Assembly: GCA_964016885.1 (NCBI GenBank)
Contig: OZ024746.1
Span: 37,386,001-37,450,000 of the forward strand
Reading direction: 5' to 3'
Length of the DNA stretch: 64,000 nucleotides
From: Eledone cirrhosa
Lineage: Eukaryota
The position numbers and the translations under genes were made by a program. Positions 39,485 to 53,932 of the stretch are shown here, one piece after another (positions within the stretch are counted from its first letter, which is position 1; every line of letters starts with the position of its first letter). The notes beneath the pieces are model-generated. The model had not been told where the DNA came from and did no database searches. It worked only from the letters and a program-made list of their open reading frames with translations.

Positions 39485-40950
39485 TCACTGTTGATTATAT
39501 ATTCCTGGTAACCGAGTTGTTATTGTTTCTTTCTTTCTCGTTTTATGTGAGGCTAAATATGTGGACATAGTTTTATGGAGGCAATTAGAGAATAATTCAC
39601 TTTTTCTGTTAATTAATGTCTCATAATTATTAATAATCAACAGGGTCTCCATTGTACAGAGCGGGCAGTTATTTGATATATTAGAGTTGCGGTAAATTCC
39701 ACAGTTCCGAAGTTTTGTCCAAAGAATGGAGTATTCCAGAATTTCTCTTTTAAACATCATATGAGCTGTGATATTGATGTGGATGATTTCTTCTTAGAAT
39801 TTGAGAATGAGCATTTATGGTTCGCGAAACGAAGTTTGAATGTGGACGAGGTTGATCCAATGTAATTGTATGTTTTATCGTCAGTTTTTATGGTGCATTT
39901 ATAAACCAAATTAGTATCTAAACAATTATTTTGCAAAGGGCAATTACTTGTATTTCTACAATTACAATTTGGTTTAGTATCATTAACGTTAACTCTATTA
40001 TTAAGATCATTATGTTGGTTTGTTTTTAGGATTTTGGCGTTTAATTTGGCGATGTTTTGGGCCATGTTACTGGTTGTAGAATTTGCGAATGTAATGGTAT
40101 GTCTATTAAAAATGGAATGGTATTTATGTTGAGTAGGGAAAGAGGTGTCAAGAGCTTTAAAGCATAGTTTTGCAATTGGTGTTTTAACTGCGACCGAAGC
40201 TGGGGGTGCAAACCATATGACAGGTTTAGATCTAGTTCGTATTCTCGATATATTTAGCGTATGTGTGTTTGAGTTATAGTTATTAGAGATACTCTTATAT
40301 GTGTTATAATTTTTATTATTATTATTAGGAATAATACTTGGATTGTTATTATCTACATATTCTATATTATTCATATATCCTGCTCTTTTTAAAGCGTTGT
40401 TGTAATATTCCGCATTTTTATCAAATATATCTTTATTAGCTGATATTTTATTAATACGTTTTTGCACACTATTTACTATAGCTTTTTTTACATATCTAAG
40501 GTGATTTGAATGGTTACTGACATAGTTTAAGTTTTCATTAGGCTTATTAAAAGTATAATAGAAGCCAGTGTTTAAGTTAAAGGTAACGTCAAGGAAAATA
40601 ACTATTTTGGTACCATTTTCTACTTCTAATTTAAGGTCGTACGTTTTAAACAATCCTATTATACTTTTCTTAAAACTATTTAATTCAATATTATTGTTTG
40701 ACTACCGTAAATAAAATGTCATCTCTATTTAAACCACCGGTAGTCTGCGGCAGTTTTCTATTTATCATGTTTAATAAGAAAATTCCCAGAAGACCTGTGA
40801 TTTGCGCGGAATCATATGCCCCCATAGTGATATCAAAGTTTCTATCTCTATCTGAGCGTGTCCAAAGTTCGTTATGGAAGTTAATGAGAGTTCTTCTAGC
40901 TGTTAAAATTATATCTATTTCATTTGTGGTTAGATCGGTATGCTTATAAG
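39485..40950 (-). pseudogene. PLE polyprotein remnant: RT C-terminal half, thumb, CxCx5C linker, GIY-YIG endonuclease (two frameshifts)
   Basis: FDITMGAYDSAQIT...RDD; FLDVTFNL...YVSNHSNH; VIWFAPP; CNCRNTSNCPLQNNC...LVYKC...YIGST...FKLRFANHKCSF; CPLCTME...LINRKSELFSNCLH. Resembles the Hydra-type PLE clade (from memory). Confidence 0.92.
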
Positions 40951-41664
40951 CATATTGACTTCAATAACGAACTTTGGACACGCTCAGATAGAGATAAAAA
41001 CTTTGATATCACTATGGGGGCATCTGATTCCGCGCAAATCACAGATCATCTGGCAATTCTCTTATTAAACATGATAAATAGAAAACTACCGGAGATTACC
41101 GGTGGTTTATATAGAGATGACATTTTATTTACGGTGGTCAAACACAATAATATAGAATTAAATAAGTTAAGAAAAGTATAATAGAATTATTTAAGTGCCA
41201 GCTAAATCCTTTAACATGTTATTCTCACAATTCAGAAGTTTAGAAATGATAACACACTTATCTAATTTATGTAAATAATATATAAATAAATAGCAAATAA
41301 TCCTGAAATCTGGAGTCTTCACATTAATATTATAAATTAAATATTTTCAAATTCTAACCATTTGACTTTCGAAAAAAAACCCACACTTTATCTTTCCCTC
41401 CTTATACATCTTTTTCCAGGGGCTATCACTGGCTGTTTTGATTCATGAGATGTTTCCCTAAATATATTGTAGTATCATACAATTTAAAATTTTAGAACAC
41501 CTTAAGTATGCAACGTTTTTTCTTACTCACACACTCTTTAATGAATTCATTACGTTTTCGCACTCTCACACAGATATTATATGAGTAACATTTTCTATCG
41601 GGTAATCACTACCTTGATTAAATCTTAAGCATTTAACATCTCAGGGTATGTCATGCATCATTAT

Positions 41665-41717
41665 GTTTTGTCTGATGAGGACGGACTGTTGTACATCCGA
41701 AATATGTATAATAAAAT
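41665..41717 (+). ncRNA. Hammerhead motif in the inverted PLE pLTR
   Basis: ttttgtCTGATGAggacggactgttgtacatccGAAAtatGTAtaataaaat. Confidence 0.72.
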
Positions 41718-41849
41718 AATATTAAAATATAAGTATTAATAAAATAGATGTTCTTTTGATCAAAAGAACTTCTACTTTATTAATACTTATATTTTAATAT
41801 TATATATATATATTATATATATTATATATATATATATTATATATATATT

Positions 41850-41888
<39 letters not shown>

Positions 41889-41934
41889 GTGTGTGGGGGG
41901 GGTATGTGTGTGTGTGTGTGTGTGTGTCTGTGTA

Positions 41935-41966
<32 letters not shown>

Positions 41967-42514
41967 TGTATAGATAATAGAGAGAGATAACTCGAGAGAT
42001 AGTGATAGAGAGAGAAAGAGAGAGTGAGAGAGAGAGCGAGAGAGAGAGACAGACAGACAGAAGCTATCACCAACATTTTATATGCACCCACATGACGGTT
42101 CTCCAGCCGAAAGCTTAACCCGATGACCTTTCTCCAGCCCTCCCATTTTTATAAGGCAAATTAAGATGCAATCACTAAAAATCCATTACATATTTATTGG
42201 TCATCCACATACAAACACACCTCCTTCCACATCAAGGATGAACTCTAATAAACAGGCGAAATTCTGGTGTAACTTATTTTCATACATTATTTAAATTCGT
42301 TCCAGTACAAGCTACGGGATATCACATCTATGGTAGAAAATACTCTAAAGTGGAGTGCATTTGGTTATTGCAGTAACGTCTGCTAATCGGAGGAACGACA
42401 TGATCTTACTATTACTAAATATATATTATTGAGAAAGTGTGTGTATGCATGTGCATGTGTCTGTGCATGTATCATTTCATCCGTATTCTTTTCTTATCAT
42501 TAATAATATAATAA

Positions 42515-42720
42515 GTGAGTTGGATTGGCAGAATTCTTAAATCTTCAGACTTAAGGATCGTAGTATTTGTCCGGCTGGCTATTTTCAGAGTTCAAATTCC
42601 ACTATCATAGGTTTTCGTTTGTTCGGTGTCAATGAAATAATGTATCACTAAAGTACGGGTCGGTATAATCGACGTTCTTCTTCTCCCAAATTGCTGGCAT
42701 TTTGCCCAAATTAGAATTGT
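42515..42720 (+). mobile_element. Old degenerate SINE (similar relics at about 26385, 47965, 48970, 51780 and 59820)
   Basis: ttggattggcagaatt...gagttcaaattcc...ttgctggcattttgcccaaattagaa. Confidence 0.6.
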
Positions 42721-42949
42721 CTGTACCTATATTAGATTGATGCCAACCACATATTACACATTAGCACCAAGAAAATATTACGGTCGACACTAAATCGATG
42801 CTTGATTTTTTTCTGAGAATCATTGGAATAGATCAGTGTTCATACCCTGCGTTTCGAAGTGATCAGTCTAAATAAATTATTCTGAAAGACTTTTATGTAG
42901 GAGTTTATGCCATCAGTTCGACAGACATTCTAAAGGCACAGAAGAGTAA

Positions 42950-43300
42950 ACGGATAAACGTCCCCGAAATTCACAAAGACTTGAGGGCGCGTGTCAACCA
43001 ACTACTACAACGTGTAGGTCCTGTACGACTATTAGCCGGATCTATAATTAAAATGTAACCACGGCGCTCTTTTAAATATGGGCTACGACAATTTTTCCGT
43101 TGTTTTCTAGCGTCAGTGAATGAAGCTCTATAAGGCAGACGCACAAATGGTTTGAGGACAGGAATGTTCATCCTCAAGCAAGTCCTCATTAGTTTCAAGT
43201 TAAACCAGAGGAGAAAGGTGAAAGTAGAGAGAGGATTGCTTCGTCTAGAGTATTATATGAATGAAAGTGTTGAGACTGATGAGGCTGAATGGGGCTACAT
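42950..43300 (+). mobile_element. Tx1-like LINE 3' remnant
   Basis: RRTNGLRTGMFILKQVLISFKLNQRRKVKVERGLL resembles a Tx1-clade ORF2 C-terminus; weak. Confidence 0.4.
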
Positions 43301-46300
43301 CAGAAAACGTTGCTAAACAATTAGAATGGACGTATGCTTTCTGCTGTAAAACAAATCCTATATTTATTAGAGACTAAGACAAGAATATAAGCACCACACG
43401 TATATTTTGAAGAAATGATCAACAAACTTTAAAGTACTCCTGAACAGTAGATCGAATCATATTGTGAAAGATGACATATATCAGCATGTGCCATGAAATA
43501 AGATTGTATTTATATTGTGTGAAAAATATTAATTCTATAGTTATATAAAATACGAAATATAAATTGTACATATGTCAAAAAATATAATATCAGAAATTAA
43601 AATTGGGGATTGTCTCTTGAATTCTAATTAATTTACGGTCATTTGGGTAAAGTGCGTAGGAGAAAAACAATTAGTGTTTTGGTAAATGATTATAGGAAGT
43701 TTCATGAATTAACACTTATTCCTTGAATGTCTAGAAACGCTAGTAAATGGAGAAACAAATATTGAATTACACGATTATTTCTTTTATCAGATTTTAATTA
43801 ATTTATTAATTTTCATATAAATATTTATATAAGAAAGAGTAGAATTGTTATTAATATTTCTGAGTAATCTATTTATTTTGATTTTTTTATCTTTTGTTAA
43901 TAAGTAACATTCCAAATGTTTTTTCCTTGAAGACAAATTTTGATAACATCTTTTATAATTTACAGAACTTACACGAAATGTGTTTCTTTGCATAAAGATC
44001 CGCTGCATTCATATGCCTGTGTTATTATGTTGTTCACCATCTAACATTCGTTATTGATATTTGCTTGTTTAAATATATACGAGTTCTCATATGGGCCTGG
44101 AGCAAATTCACTTGCCTTACTCTATTAATTCAATACATATGGTTCTGAGAAGTAAGGAGACACGTCAATACCTTGTTTGTCGATGGCTCTGAGGTTTACT
44201 TCTCATTCTGTTGGTACTACATATGGTGATAATGTCAATAAAATAGTCAACAAATATTCTCTTACTGGAACATTGGTGTCTACGTATATCAGTTATTTAA
44301 TGAAATTCTCTGAACAATCTTCCCCCATATTATGACTTGACAGATTGTCATGCAATTATGACTCATATTCCAGGTTTTTTAAGAATGTACATAACTTTCA
44401 AACATTCTATATTTATTTCCACGATTTGATAGACAGATATAGACCCCTAGCTTCCCAAAATGGATTTAAATCTACATCGGTTCATATTTCTTACAATAAT
44501 AGTTTGGTAAAACATCATAAGTACAGTCTCTAGTTATGATCTACACAGACGAAAAATGCAATTAATATATACAAACAACTAACCAAGGCTACACGACTCC
44601 GGCTACACGAAGTTAAACATATTGGAGTTATTATCTTAAATATCGTTAGGCGAAGATTAGCGGTGGTGTTTATCACACACTGATAGAGATACTTCGTATT
44701 AACAACAATTTTGTAGTGTATTGGTGACGTAATAACCATGAAATATTAATGAAAATCAGTATATTTAAAAAAGAAAAAAAATGCAGCTAGTATAAGGGAA
44801 ACTGGTCATGCAATTCATCATGAGTGATACGTATGTAGAGCAAATATCGATCCAACATAAATTCAATTAATAACATAAATATTGCGTTTATTAAGCACAT
44901 GTGAAAAGTATTCTATGGAATGTGATAAGTGATTATTCTTCAAATCTAGAGTTATGTGTACGGGGTGATAACACCATTTTCTGACAGATTGTGGTAGCAC
45001 GATTTACAGAGCACACTAAGATAGCGACATTTTAGAAAGAAAAACGGTTGCAATGAAGTGCATTATAATGTCGATAATATATTTATGTAAAATATAGTGT
45101 GGTTGTGTCAGGTGAATGCGGCAACGTGCCGAGTTATAATCGTATATACCAACAGATAGTGTCATGGTCTGATCAATCGATTATTTTAACTGATACAAAA
45201 TTGAATAATTCCGGACGGTTGGCAATGTTGCACAAGGACGTTAATAAGTGTGGTATTATCGATAAAAACTAGTGCACGATTCTGATGTTATTTGATGTAA
45301 AATGTTCCCCCATAGATGCCACACAGCATGGTTTAAGTGGATAGAAACTTAGTTTAGATGATATTCTTATAAATTTAGATTCTTATGTAGCTTTCAATAC
45401 TTCCAGATTCTTGACTCCAAGCCGCTGTTCTGATCTCTTCGTTTTCAAGATTGGAACCTTTATATATAGAATCGATATATTTTCAATAGGTGGAAATGTT
45501 TACCTTCTATTCCAGTTGTTACATATTACTCATTCATATAACTATATCCTCTCCACATCACTTCCGTGGTACTTATGAATTGGACAAAATATGCTGAGGC
45601 TAGGGAATTAACTTTCCAAAAATAGTAGCCGGAATTTTAATAGCTACTCATGTAAGCACCGACGTACAATGCTGAAGAAACACGAGGTGGTTAAATGAAA
45701 TAGCCATAACAAATGGATGGTTGCTCAACGCGGAAGCTGGAATGCAAAGGTGATACATTTAGCATCCTCAACTCTCGGTAAACTGATTTACGGTTTAATA
45801 TGTGTGGTTTCTTCTGTCCTGGCGTCTAGTTGGGCAAGAACTCGGTGATGGTTAGCGATATGAACAGTATTATCGAGAAACAAACTTATTGTATTGGTGA
45901 TCATAACAAATACTTTCATATTATCTGTCATATATTACTTCCATGATATCATGCAAATTGGAACGTCTACCCATTTATGAAGGCCTACGTAAAAGAATGC
46001 ATTCACACCTCTTTCGGTAGCGGCCTTAAAATTAACTGTTATGGCACTCTAGCACATGTAAACAGTAAAGATGCACAGTGAGTGTTAAAATCAACTAAAC
46101 CATATATTAAACAATTATGGGTGACATGTAGCTAGAACAACATTACAATTAACCTATAAAGATTATCCCAGGGCCAATATTGCAAACATAATATAACTAA
46201 AAGTAGCTTACCAAGACAAGCGTTTATCTTCACATTCCAGGAATACGTATGTTCAGTACATTTACTAAAATTATACAAACTTGTATTCCACAGTGAATTC

Positions 46301-46775
46301 AATCCCTCGTGTAATAGGATGATATTTCTGCTTCAGTAGCAATAATCTACAGTACATCTAAAATTGAAGCACGGTAGAATATTTGTTTATGTAAGCCAAT
46401 TGTCACTCATTGACAACTGATACACAGGCATGACTTACATATTCTTCCTTCTCTACAATAATGTTGCATCGTAGTTAAAAGGCTTACCTGTATGTGTCTA
46501 TCATTAAACATCACTTTCAATTCAACTAAAAAAGCAAAATAATATATCAACTGAAAGAAAACTATCTTCAGTTTTAATTAATTATATGTTTTCATTCAAT
46601 GCGCTTACAATATATCTATGACTCACTCAAATATTGAAATGTACTATCCATACGAAGCGGAGTTGTGCACCATATTTTTTCGCCCTGGCTCATCTTAAAT
46701 TACCTCACAGCCTAGGCAACTTGAAGTAGTGTATTTATTTATTTATATATACATAAATATATATATATATATACA

Positions 46776-47237
46776 TGTAAAGTTATATTTAAAATTGTTG
46801 GGTTACAACTAGTAAATATTTATAACTGATATAAAAGCACTCGACAAATATTTGGAGTATATTTACAATATTAAATAAATGGAAAACTATATTTATAAAA
46901 CCATATTTATTTCATTATATATATTTCGGGGATATCATATTAACAATATGCTATGCCTTCATCAGACAAAATACAATATAAACAGTTTTATAGATAAATA
47001 TATTCGACATACCGTAATAAACATCGACTTCATTTGAAGAGGTTTACGCTAGCAGTAAACCTCTTCAAATGAAGTCGATGTTTATTACGGTATGTCGAAT
47101 ATATTTATCTATAAAACTGTTTATATTGTATTTTGTCTGATGAAGGCATAGCATATTGTTAATATGATATCCCCGAAATATATATAATGAAATAAATATG
47201 GTTTTATAAATATAGTTTTCCATTTATTTAACATTGT
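46776..47237. mobile_element. Family A foldback palindrome (centre about 47050), arms nearly identical
   Basis: 46865-47047 is the reverse complement of 47055-47237. Hammerhead cores at 46908-46973 (-) and 47129-47194 (+). Tail at 46776-46864. Confidence 0.93.
47129..47194 (+). ncRNA. Hammerhead motif, family A (mirror copy at 46908-46973 on minus)
   Basis: tattttgtCTGATGAaggcatagcatattgttaatatgatatccccGAAAtatATAtaatgaaata. Confidence 0.68.
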
Positions 47238-47312
47238 ATATATATATATATATATGTATGTATATGTATATATGTATGTATATGTATACATGTATATATA
47301 TGTATATATACA

Positions 47313-47381
<69 letters not shown>

Positions 47382-47472
47382 ACACACACATAACAAGTAA
47401 AAAACTTGTATGAAAGTATGAATTTATGTATACACGACTATATATTTAAAAAAGTACTCACTCACATATGTA

Positions 47473-47571
<99 letters not shown>

Positions 47572-49690
47572 GTGTGTGAGTGTGTGTGTGTGCGTGCGTG
47601 TGCGTGTGTGTGTTTGTTTGCGTGTGTGTAATGCGTACGTGAATAATGTCACACTGAGAAATAGAAAAAGTCTCAATTATATTTTTGAGAGTAATTATTT
47701 AGCGATCAGACGGAATGCGAATTCTCTGATGTACTTCCTCAGATGTTTCGGCTGTGACTCCGGCTGTAACTATATTGGCGTGACTAATGTAAAAGCATCA
47801 TTTGATAAATGCTAGAGATGTAGAAATAATTGTTTTGTTTATATGTTACTTCAACTCAAATAAAAATGGATATTTTCGATGTTACTGTTGTTGTTGTTAT
47901 CATCATCATCATCATCATCATCATCATCGTCATCATAGTCATCATTATCATTATTATTATTGAAAGGGAAGTGCGGTAAATAGATTTGACGAAAATATTT
48001 TAGGTTCTTATGTTATGATCATTTCTACTCTGAGTTCAGATGCGATGAGTATCAGTTTTGTCTTTCATCGATGCAGGATTGATAACAAAAAAATGACCAC
48101 ATTGTCTTATTCGTACATGCATCATGCTCGATATACCTATAGCCATTTCATATATGCCTCATTTACTTTATTTTACTACAATTTGTCTCACCTGAAAGCG
48201 TATTCTTTATTTCCAGCTTTTTTCATTTTCACACATGCCTATGCTATATTACCTATGAAGAGATATGTGATATTCTATCGCTAGTCAATTTTCTGCATAT
48301 CTTCTTGAGTAAAATGCCTGCCAATACTATATTAAGGAACTCAATAACTATTTTCCAAAATATCCCTAGTGGTAGTTTATACAATGAGTAAATCACATTA
48401 TATGCTTTGTATACGTCAACCCCAACGAAAAAAGTCAACTTCCTACTCGTTATATATTATCCTTCACTTAGCACGAGGTGTGAGGTGAAATAATTGTAAT
48501 CCGGAATACGATAATGTTGGTAAGATAAAAATAAAATACTGAAAATAAGAATACATTCTGGTCCATTTGTTATTTCTCCCTACACCCAATGATTTAAACT
48601 AAAAGATTACTGCTTCAGCAGCTGTAACATATATATTGAAAGAGAAAAATCAGATACGAAGTTCAAATATGAGGTTTATTTGGGTTTTGTTTTTTTTCTT
48701 TTAGTTTTCTTTTCGTTTTTGACTTTAGCTCGCTGTCAGCCTTTATCGAACATACATATAAAAAATACGGTCCATATATGACACACACACATCCGCGCGC
48801 GCGCGCATCCATATAAATATATATATAGATAGATAGATTCGATTTCTGACGTAATATTATGCCTCATTGCCTTTTAGCAATATACGCGTGTGCATACGTA
48901 TATATTACGTGCGAATGAAGCGCGTATGTTTTAAAGAAAATATAAAGCTTATATGATTTCTAATTTCAGCACCGAAGAGGGGATCATCGATTATATCGAA
49001 GCAGTTTCTCAACAGGTAATTTATTTTATATTCCTCGCGAGAACAACAGGCAAATATGACTACAGCTGGATTTGAACTCAGACTCGAAAGTGCCGGAAAA
49101 AATATTGCAAAGAGTTTCGTCCGATGTTCTACCGGGTATAAATGAAATAGGATTGATGAATATAAGGATAGTGTTCCGTTGGTAACTTTACATCGAATAT
49201 CTTAAGAACTATTTTATAGAATGTATTGGAAAATAATGATGATATACAAATGACCAATGGAACATATTTTATATTTAACCCCCTCAGTAAATATTGAAAT
49301 GTGAAGGTGGTACACGAAACCTTCTTAAAGGTTTGTACATCTTATCTCATTATTTGAGAAACATTTTTATACATACTGAATTTAGAAAGATATGTTTTCC
49401 CCTTATTATTTTACCTATATTTCCATTTATATGTTATTTAATATCTGTTGGGTAAAAATTGACTGGTTTGTTTATGATTCATTTTTGCTATTTATTTCGA
49501 TGTTTCAATTACTGGAAAGAAAACATGAGTCAACGTTATGAAACCCCCTAACATGATTTAATGGAATGTGACATGAGATTTTGAAAACTAATCCAGTTGT
49601 CAACAGTGTATAATTTCGCGAACCCACACAACTCACACACACAACGCACACACACACACATACACACACACACATACACACACACACACA

Positions 49691-49787
<97 letters not shown>

Positions 49788-49864
49788 GTATATATATGTA
49801 TATATATATATATATAGACAAACATATATATGCATGCTGACATACACATATACATATACATATG

Positions 49865-49932
<68 letters not shown>

Positions 49933-49939
49933 CTTGTGT

Positions 49940-49983
<44 letters not shown>

Positions 49984-50118
49984 CCATATATATAAAGATA
50001 TGTGCGTGTGGTGTGTGCGACGTTTGTGCATGTGGTGTGTGTGTGTAAATAGGGAGCAAAACATTAAAAAAAGGAAATGACACAGGAATACAATAAAATA
50101 CATTATGAATTAGATTTG

Positions 50119-50153
50119 CTATAACATTTCGGATATCAGGATTTCGTCAGTAG
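50119..50153 (-). ncRNA. Degenerate hammerhead-like motif
   Basis: Minus: CTA-CTGACGA-aatcctgatatcc-GAAA-tgt-TA-TAG; stem II is poor. Confidence 0.4.
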
Positions 50154-50395
50154 AGTGAAGGATACTTAGAAAAATAAACAGAAATTTAGAGGCGACTAAG
50201 CAGATGTCAAAGCGGAAAATTATTGCCTAAGGAAAAGCGTGTATCAACCGTTGAAATCTAATTCATGTCAAGGCGTTTCTTTTTTTTTTTTTTACACACA
50301 CACCACCAGTTCTTTGAAAAGAACTGGACATATCAACGGAATACCGGGGCTAAGTTTGTTCCATCGTTATTTGTTTTCCTGTGATTTCTATAAAA

Positions 50396-50455
50396 GTTGA
50401 AGCCTGATGAGGTCATAGCGGTTGAATAAGGGTTATCACCGAAATATATATTACA
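50396..50455 (+). ncRNA. Hammerhead-like motif
   Basis: CTGATGA-GGTcATAGC...GTTATcACC-GAAA-TATATA; stem II is good, stem I unclear. Confidence 0.55.
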
Positions 50456-50652
50456 CTGAATATGAATAAACGATACCAATTTTAACCTGTTAATTTACAC
50501 TTCTTGTTTATATATATATATATATATATATATACACGTATCGATTTCCTAACTGTTATATCGGCATTGCCATATTTATCATATCTTTCCCAATTTAATT
50601 TTAGATATATGGGTAATAAGAAAAGATCATTTACTTTTGCATCTAATATTTC

Positions 50653-50694
<42 letters not shown>

Positions 50695-51420
50695 GTTCCT
50701 GATATAGGCACAGCTAGCGGATTCATGAAAAGGAAATATCATTTGAAATCTGTAAAAATACTAAAAAGAAAGCGGTAGGAAACAAGTTGAAATACATGTT
50801 TCCGGCTTGAAGTTGTGTATCTCAATCGCGTTGATGCTATTACTTTAATTGAATATTGTTTTATGGTTTCGAGCTAAATGTATTATCCACTATATTCTGA
50901 CACGATGTTTCTGAAATATCTTATATATGTTTTCAATTAATTAAAATACAGCCAACGAAATACAACTAAGCTATATCAAATTGCTTTAACAAAAAATAGC
51001 ATCAATAGAAACACACAATAATATGATTATATTAAAGAAACGTCACTTGGTAACTGTTTCTATGGAATTGTTATCCTGAAGGATTTGTTAAAATTTCAAA
51101 ATGGGACATAGTAATGTTCGCCATGTTTCATGATTAATTTCCATATCCCACTACTTTTAAAAATCTAAATGCTACGTAAAAAGATATAAAGATTACCGTA
51201 TAATTTTTCGGTATTTAGTAGGAATCATTTTCAAAAGTGCGAAAATATTTAACTCGTTAGTTGACAAACATTGTGTTTTTTTTAAATGAGATGGTTTTCC
51301 AACCCTTTTAAAGCATAATATAAATTACATTAAATTGTCCACACTGTTATTATTACTGATCAATTAAAAAACTCCAGATTTACACGGGCTCAAATGAGAA
51401 TTTACTTTAAACTTTATACG

Positions 51421-51770
51421 TCTTCGTCGTCGCCTACTTATTCCTCAGAGGGTCGTGGGGACAGAGACTATAAGCACTCCTTCCAGTTGATCCTGTCTTA
51501 AGCAACTGTCACCAACTTATCCGAATGAATCACCAAGCGAGACCGGCTGAGATCATGGTTCTCCTGCCGGTTCGTTTTGTAAAATATGTCAATCGATTCT
51601 TTACCAATACATTATAACCACATGCCCATAGTATTGGAGTTGCTATCTTTCATTTGGGAGAAGTAGAAACTCTTCCTCGGGTGAGTCCCTGATCTCTGAG
51701 CTACGTACTCAATCGAGTAATCTTACTCCAAAGACCATTCGGAAGAACTCCTTTCTGCAGTTTGTAGATG
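51421..51770 (-). mobile_element. LINE 3' end, RTE-like, degenerate
   Basis: Minus reads VA*DRINWKEC (the A.DR..W C-terminal motif), ending in a short (GAC/GAA) tail. Confidence 0.45.
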
Positions 51771-53726
51771 AAGTGATGGAATACAGGAGGCTGAATTAAG
51801 TACAATAAATTTTATATTTTATTTCAAATATGTGAATTTATAATTCGCAGTACCATTAACGCACGGGTGTCGTATTAATCGAATTCCCCCTCCCAAAATG
51901 GTTGGTATTATGCCTAAATTAAAGACCATTATATGAACTGATGTGTGAGGAATGAACGACAAACATATTGATGTCTATAAGAGACGAACTGGAATGTAAC
52001 ATATCTCACCAATTATATAATAGTTGTTTTCATTCTACAATACACTTAAGATGTAAGTGTCGTGGCAATGAACACACTATCAATATATGATCTAATGTAT
52101 TCTCACCTGTTTTCCTGATAGGATACCAACCGTCACTTTGTTGCTAACCGACAAAAAGGCTCTCTATCACAAACACAAAGGCTGTTAACTTTGATATAGG
52201 ACTGTAATAGGTTTAATCCACTAAACTTTGTAAATGAGGCGATATAATATCAATGTGGAATTTTAACCGAGATTGTAAACAGTGAATTTTAATGGCCCCT
52301 AAATGGTGTGCGGAAATCAAGTTCGTTTCGTCCACACCAACCTACCTCTATAACCTGAAACATTTATAAGCTTTTGGTAAATTTAGTCATAACGTTACTA
52401 TATGTAGATTTAAGATAAGTTCGTTACAGCGGGAAATCCTTTAATGAGTGTTTAGATCAATCTCGGACTAACTAATTTGAATGATACAATCGATAAAATA
52501 AGTACGTTTCATTTATAAACAATCACTTAATCGACTGCGCGTTTGACCAAGCTTCAAAATACACAAGTCTGTGTTAATTTACAGACACACAAATTCCATT
52601 AACGCACCAAAACATTTTATTTGAATTCTTTGTGTAACATTGCAGGCAAAATTTCTAATCAAATTTCACCTCAGCTTTTCCCTTTGTTGCTATTAATTCC
52701 CATAGTGTAAAACACGATTTATTTATTTATTCATTTTCCCCTCAAAAATATGAATAAGATTATGAGAATGAAAGGTGTGAACTATATGATACAAACAAAC
52801 AAAATAAGTATATAACCAAAATATATAAACGAATAGCTATATAAATAATGTAATAAAATATTTAATGGACAGTTAAAAGATCTGCACAAATTTCATTTTG
52901 CCGCAATTTCATTAAAATATCTTACAGGATCTCCAACGAGTGATTTATACCTGCCTTTTGAGTAATTTTGATCACAATGGAGAATTTCTCATCTATTTTG
53001 TTTTCTTCGCTTTTAATCTTCCTTCTTTCTTTTTTAATATTGTTTTTTTTTTATGCTTCCTCAAGCGATATAAAGCGATTGTAGACTCCAGTCCATTGAG
53101 AATTTATGATTTAACTCTTCACGGTTAAATTCATTTTGCAAAATACGAATACAAAATTCCTGTCTATGCAATATTTTGGCTTGATTACAAAAGAGTTGCA
53201 ACACACCAAAAGAAGTTAATTATCTGATAGCGTCGTGCGTCGTCTATAAATTCAATTCACACCTAAACTGATTTATTACATTTTGGTTTTCGTATAAAAA
53301 TTGTGTAACACACTCTCCTAAATGACATTAGAAACTCTTTTTTCCATTGTCTTCACTTCCTTGCACATTGTATAGTTTACTTGCAAGAGCTTCATTGTTA
53401 CAAAGGTTTTAAACGGAATTTATTATTATATGGAATATTCCTTTATGCAAGGGACTGTATTCCTTAAGTATTAGTATGGATTTTCTTTGATTAGGTAAAA
53501 GACAACCAAAGTTTAGGAATAATGTTAATTATATTCAACATGATGCTATTTGTTGAGTAGAGCGGTAAACGGTGGAATTATTGAGTGCGCTGTTCGTTTC
53601 GTGCTATTGAAATTATCCAAAGTGAGCCAAATGTAATGATGTACATAAGAAGCTGGAAAAATATAGTAAAAGTGTAAATCTCACAACCACAATAGTACAT
53701 CCGTATGCATGTATATGACTGGCAAT

Positions 53727-53932
53727 GGCGGTGGATTGGCAGTACCGGTAGAGGGTCGGACGCCATGATTTGCAGCATAGAGTTACAGCCCTTCTATGAT
53801 TTGAGTTCAAATCCAGCCGAGATTAACTTTCTCTTTCATCTTTGTGGGGTCGATAAAATAAAGCAGTGGAGTAATTGCTAGCCTCGTGCACTGGGGTAAT
53901 TGCTAGCCTCGTGCCAAAAGTAGAAACAATTA
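53727..53932 (+). mobile_element. Full-length tRNA-derived SINE
   Basis: ggcggtggattggcagtaccgg...gagttcaaatcc...gtagaaacaatta, with a small internal duplication (gtaattgctagcctcgtgc twice). Confidence 0.9.

Larger units (their letters stand above)
37584..41802 (-). mobile_element. 5'-truncated Penelope-like element with GIY-YIG, hammerhead pLTR and an inverted, internally deleted second arm, in (TA)n
   Basis: Minus-strand RT-thumb-GIY-YIG at 40950-39485. 40958-41194 is an inverted copy of the RT. 41190-41717 is the reverse complement of 37731-38260. (TA)n on both sides. Confidence 0.93.

Noticed and set aside
45280-48480. Possible CR1-like LINE relics (about 45280-45600 and 48100-48480; also about 37000-37400)
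   Set aside because: Motifs are too decayed to support by eye
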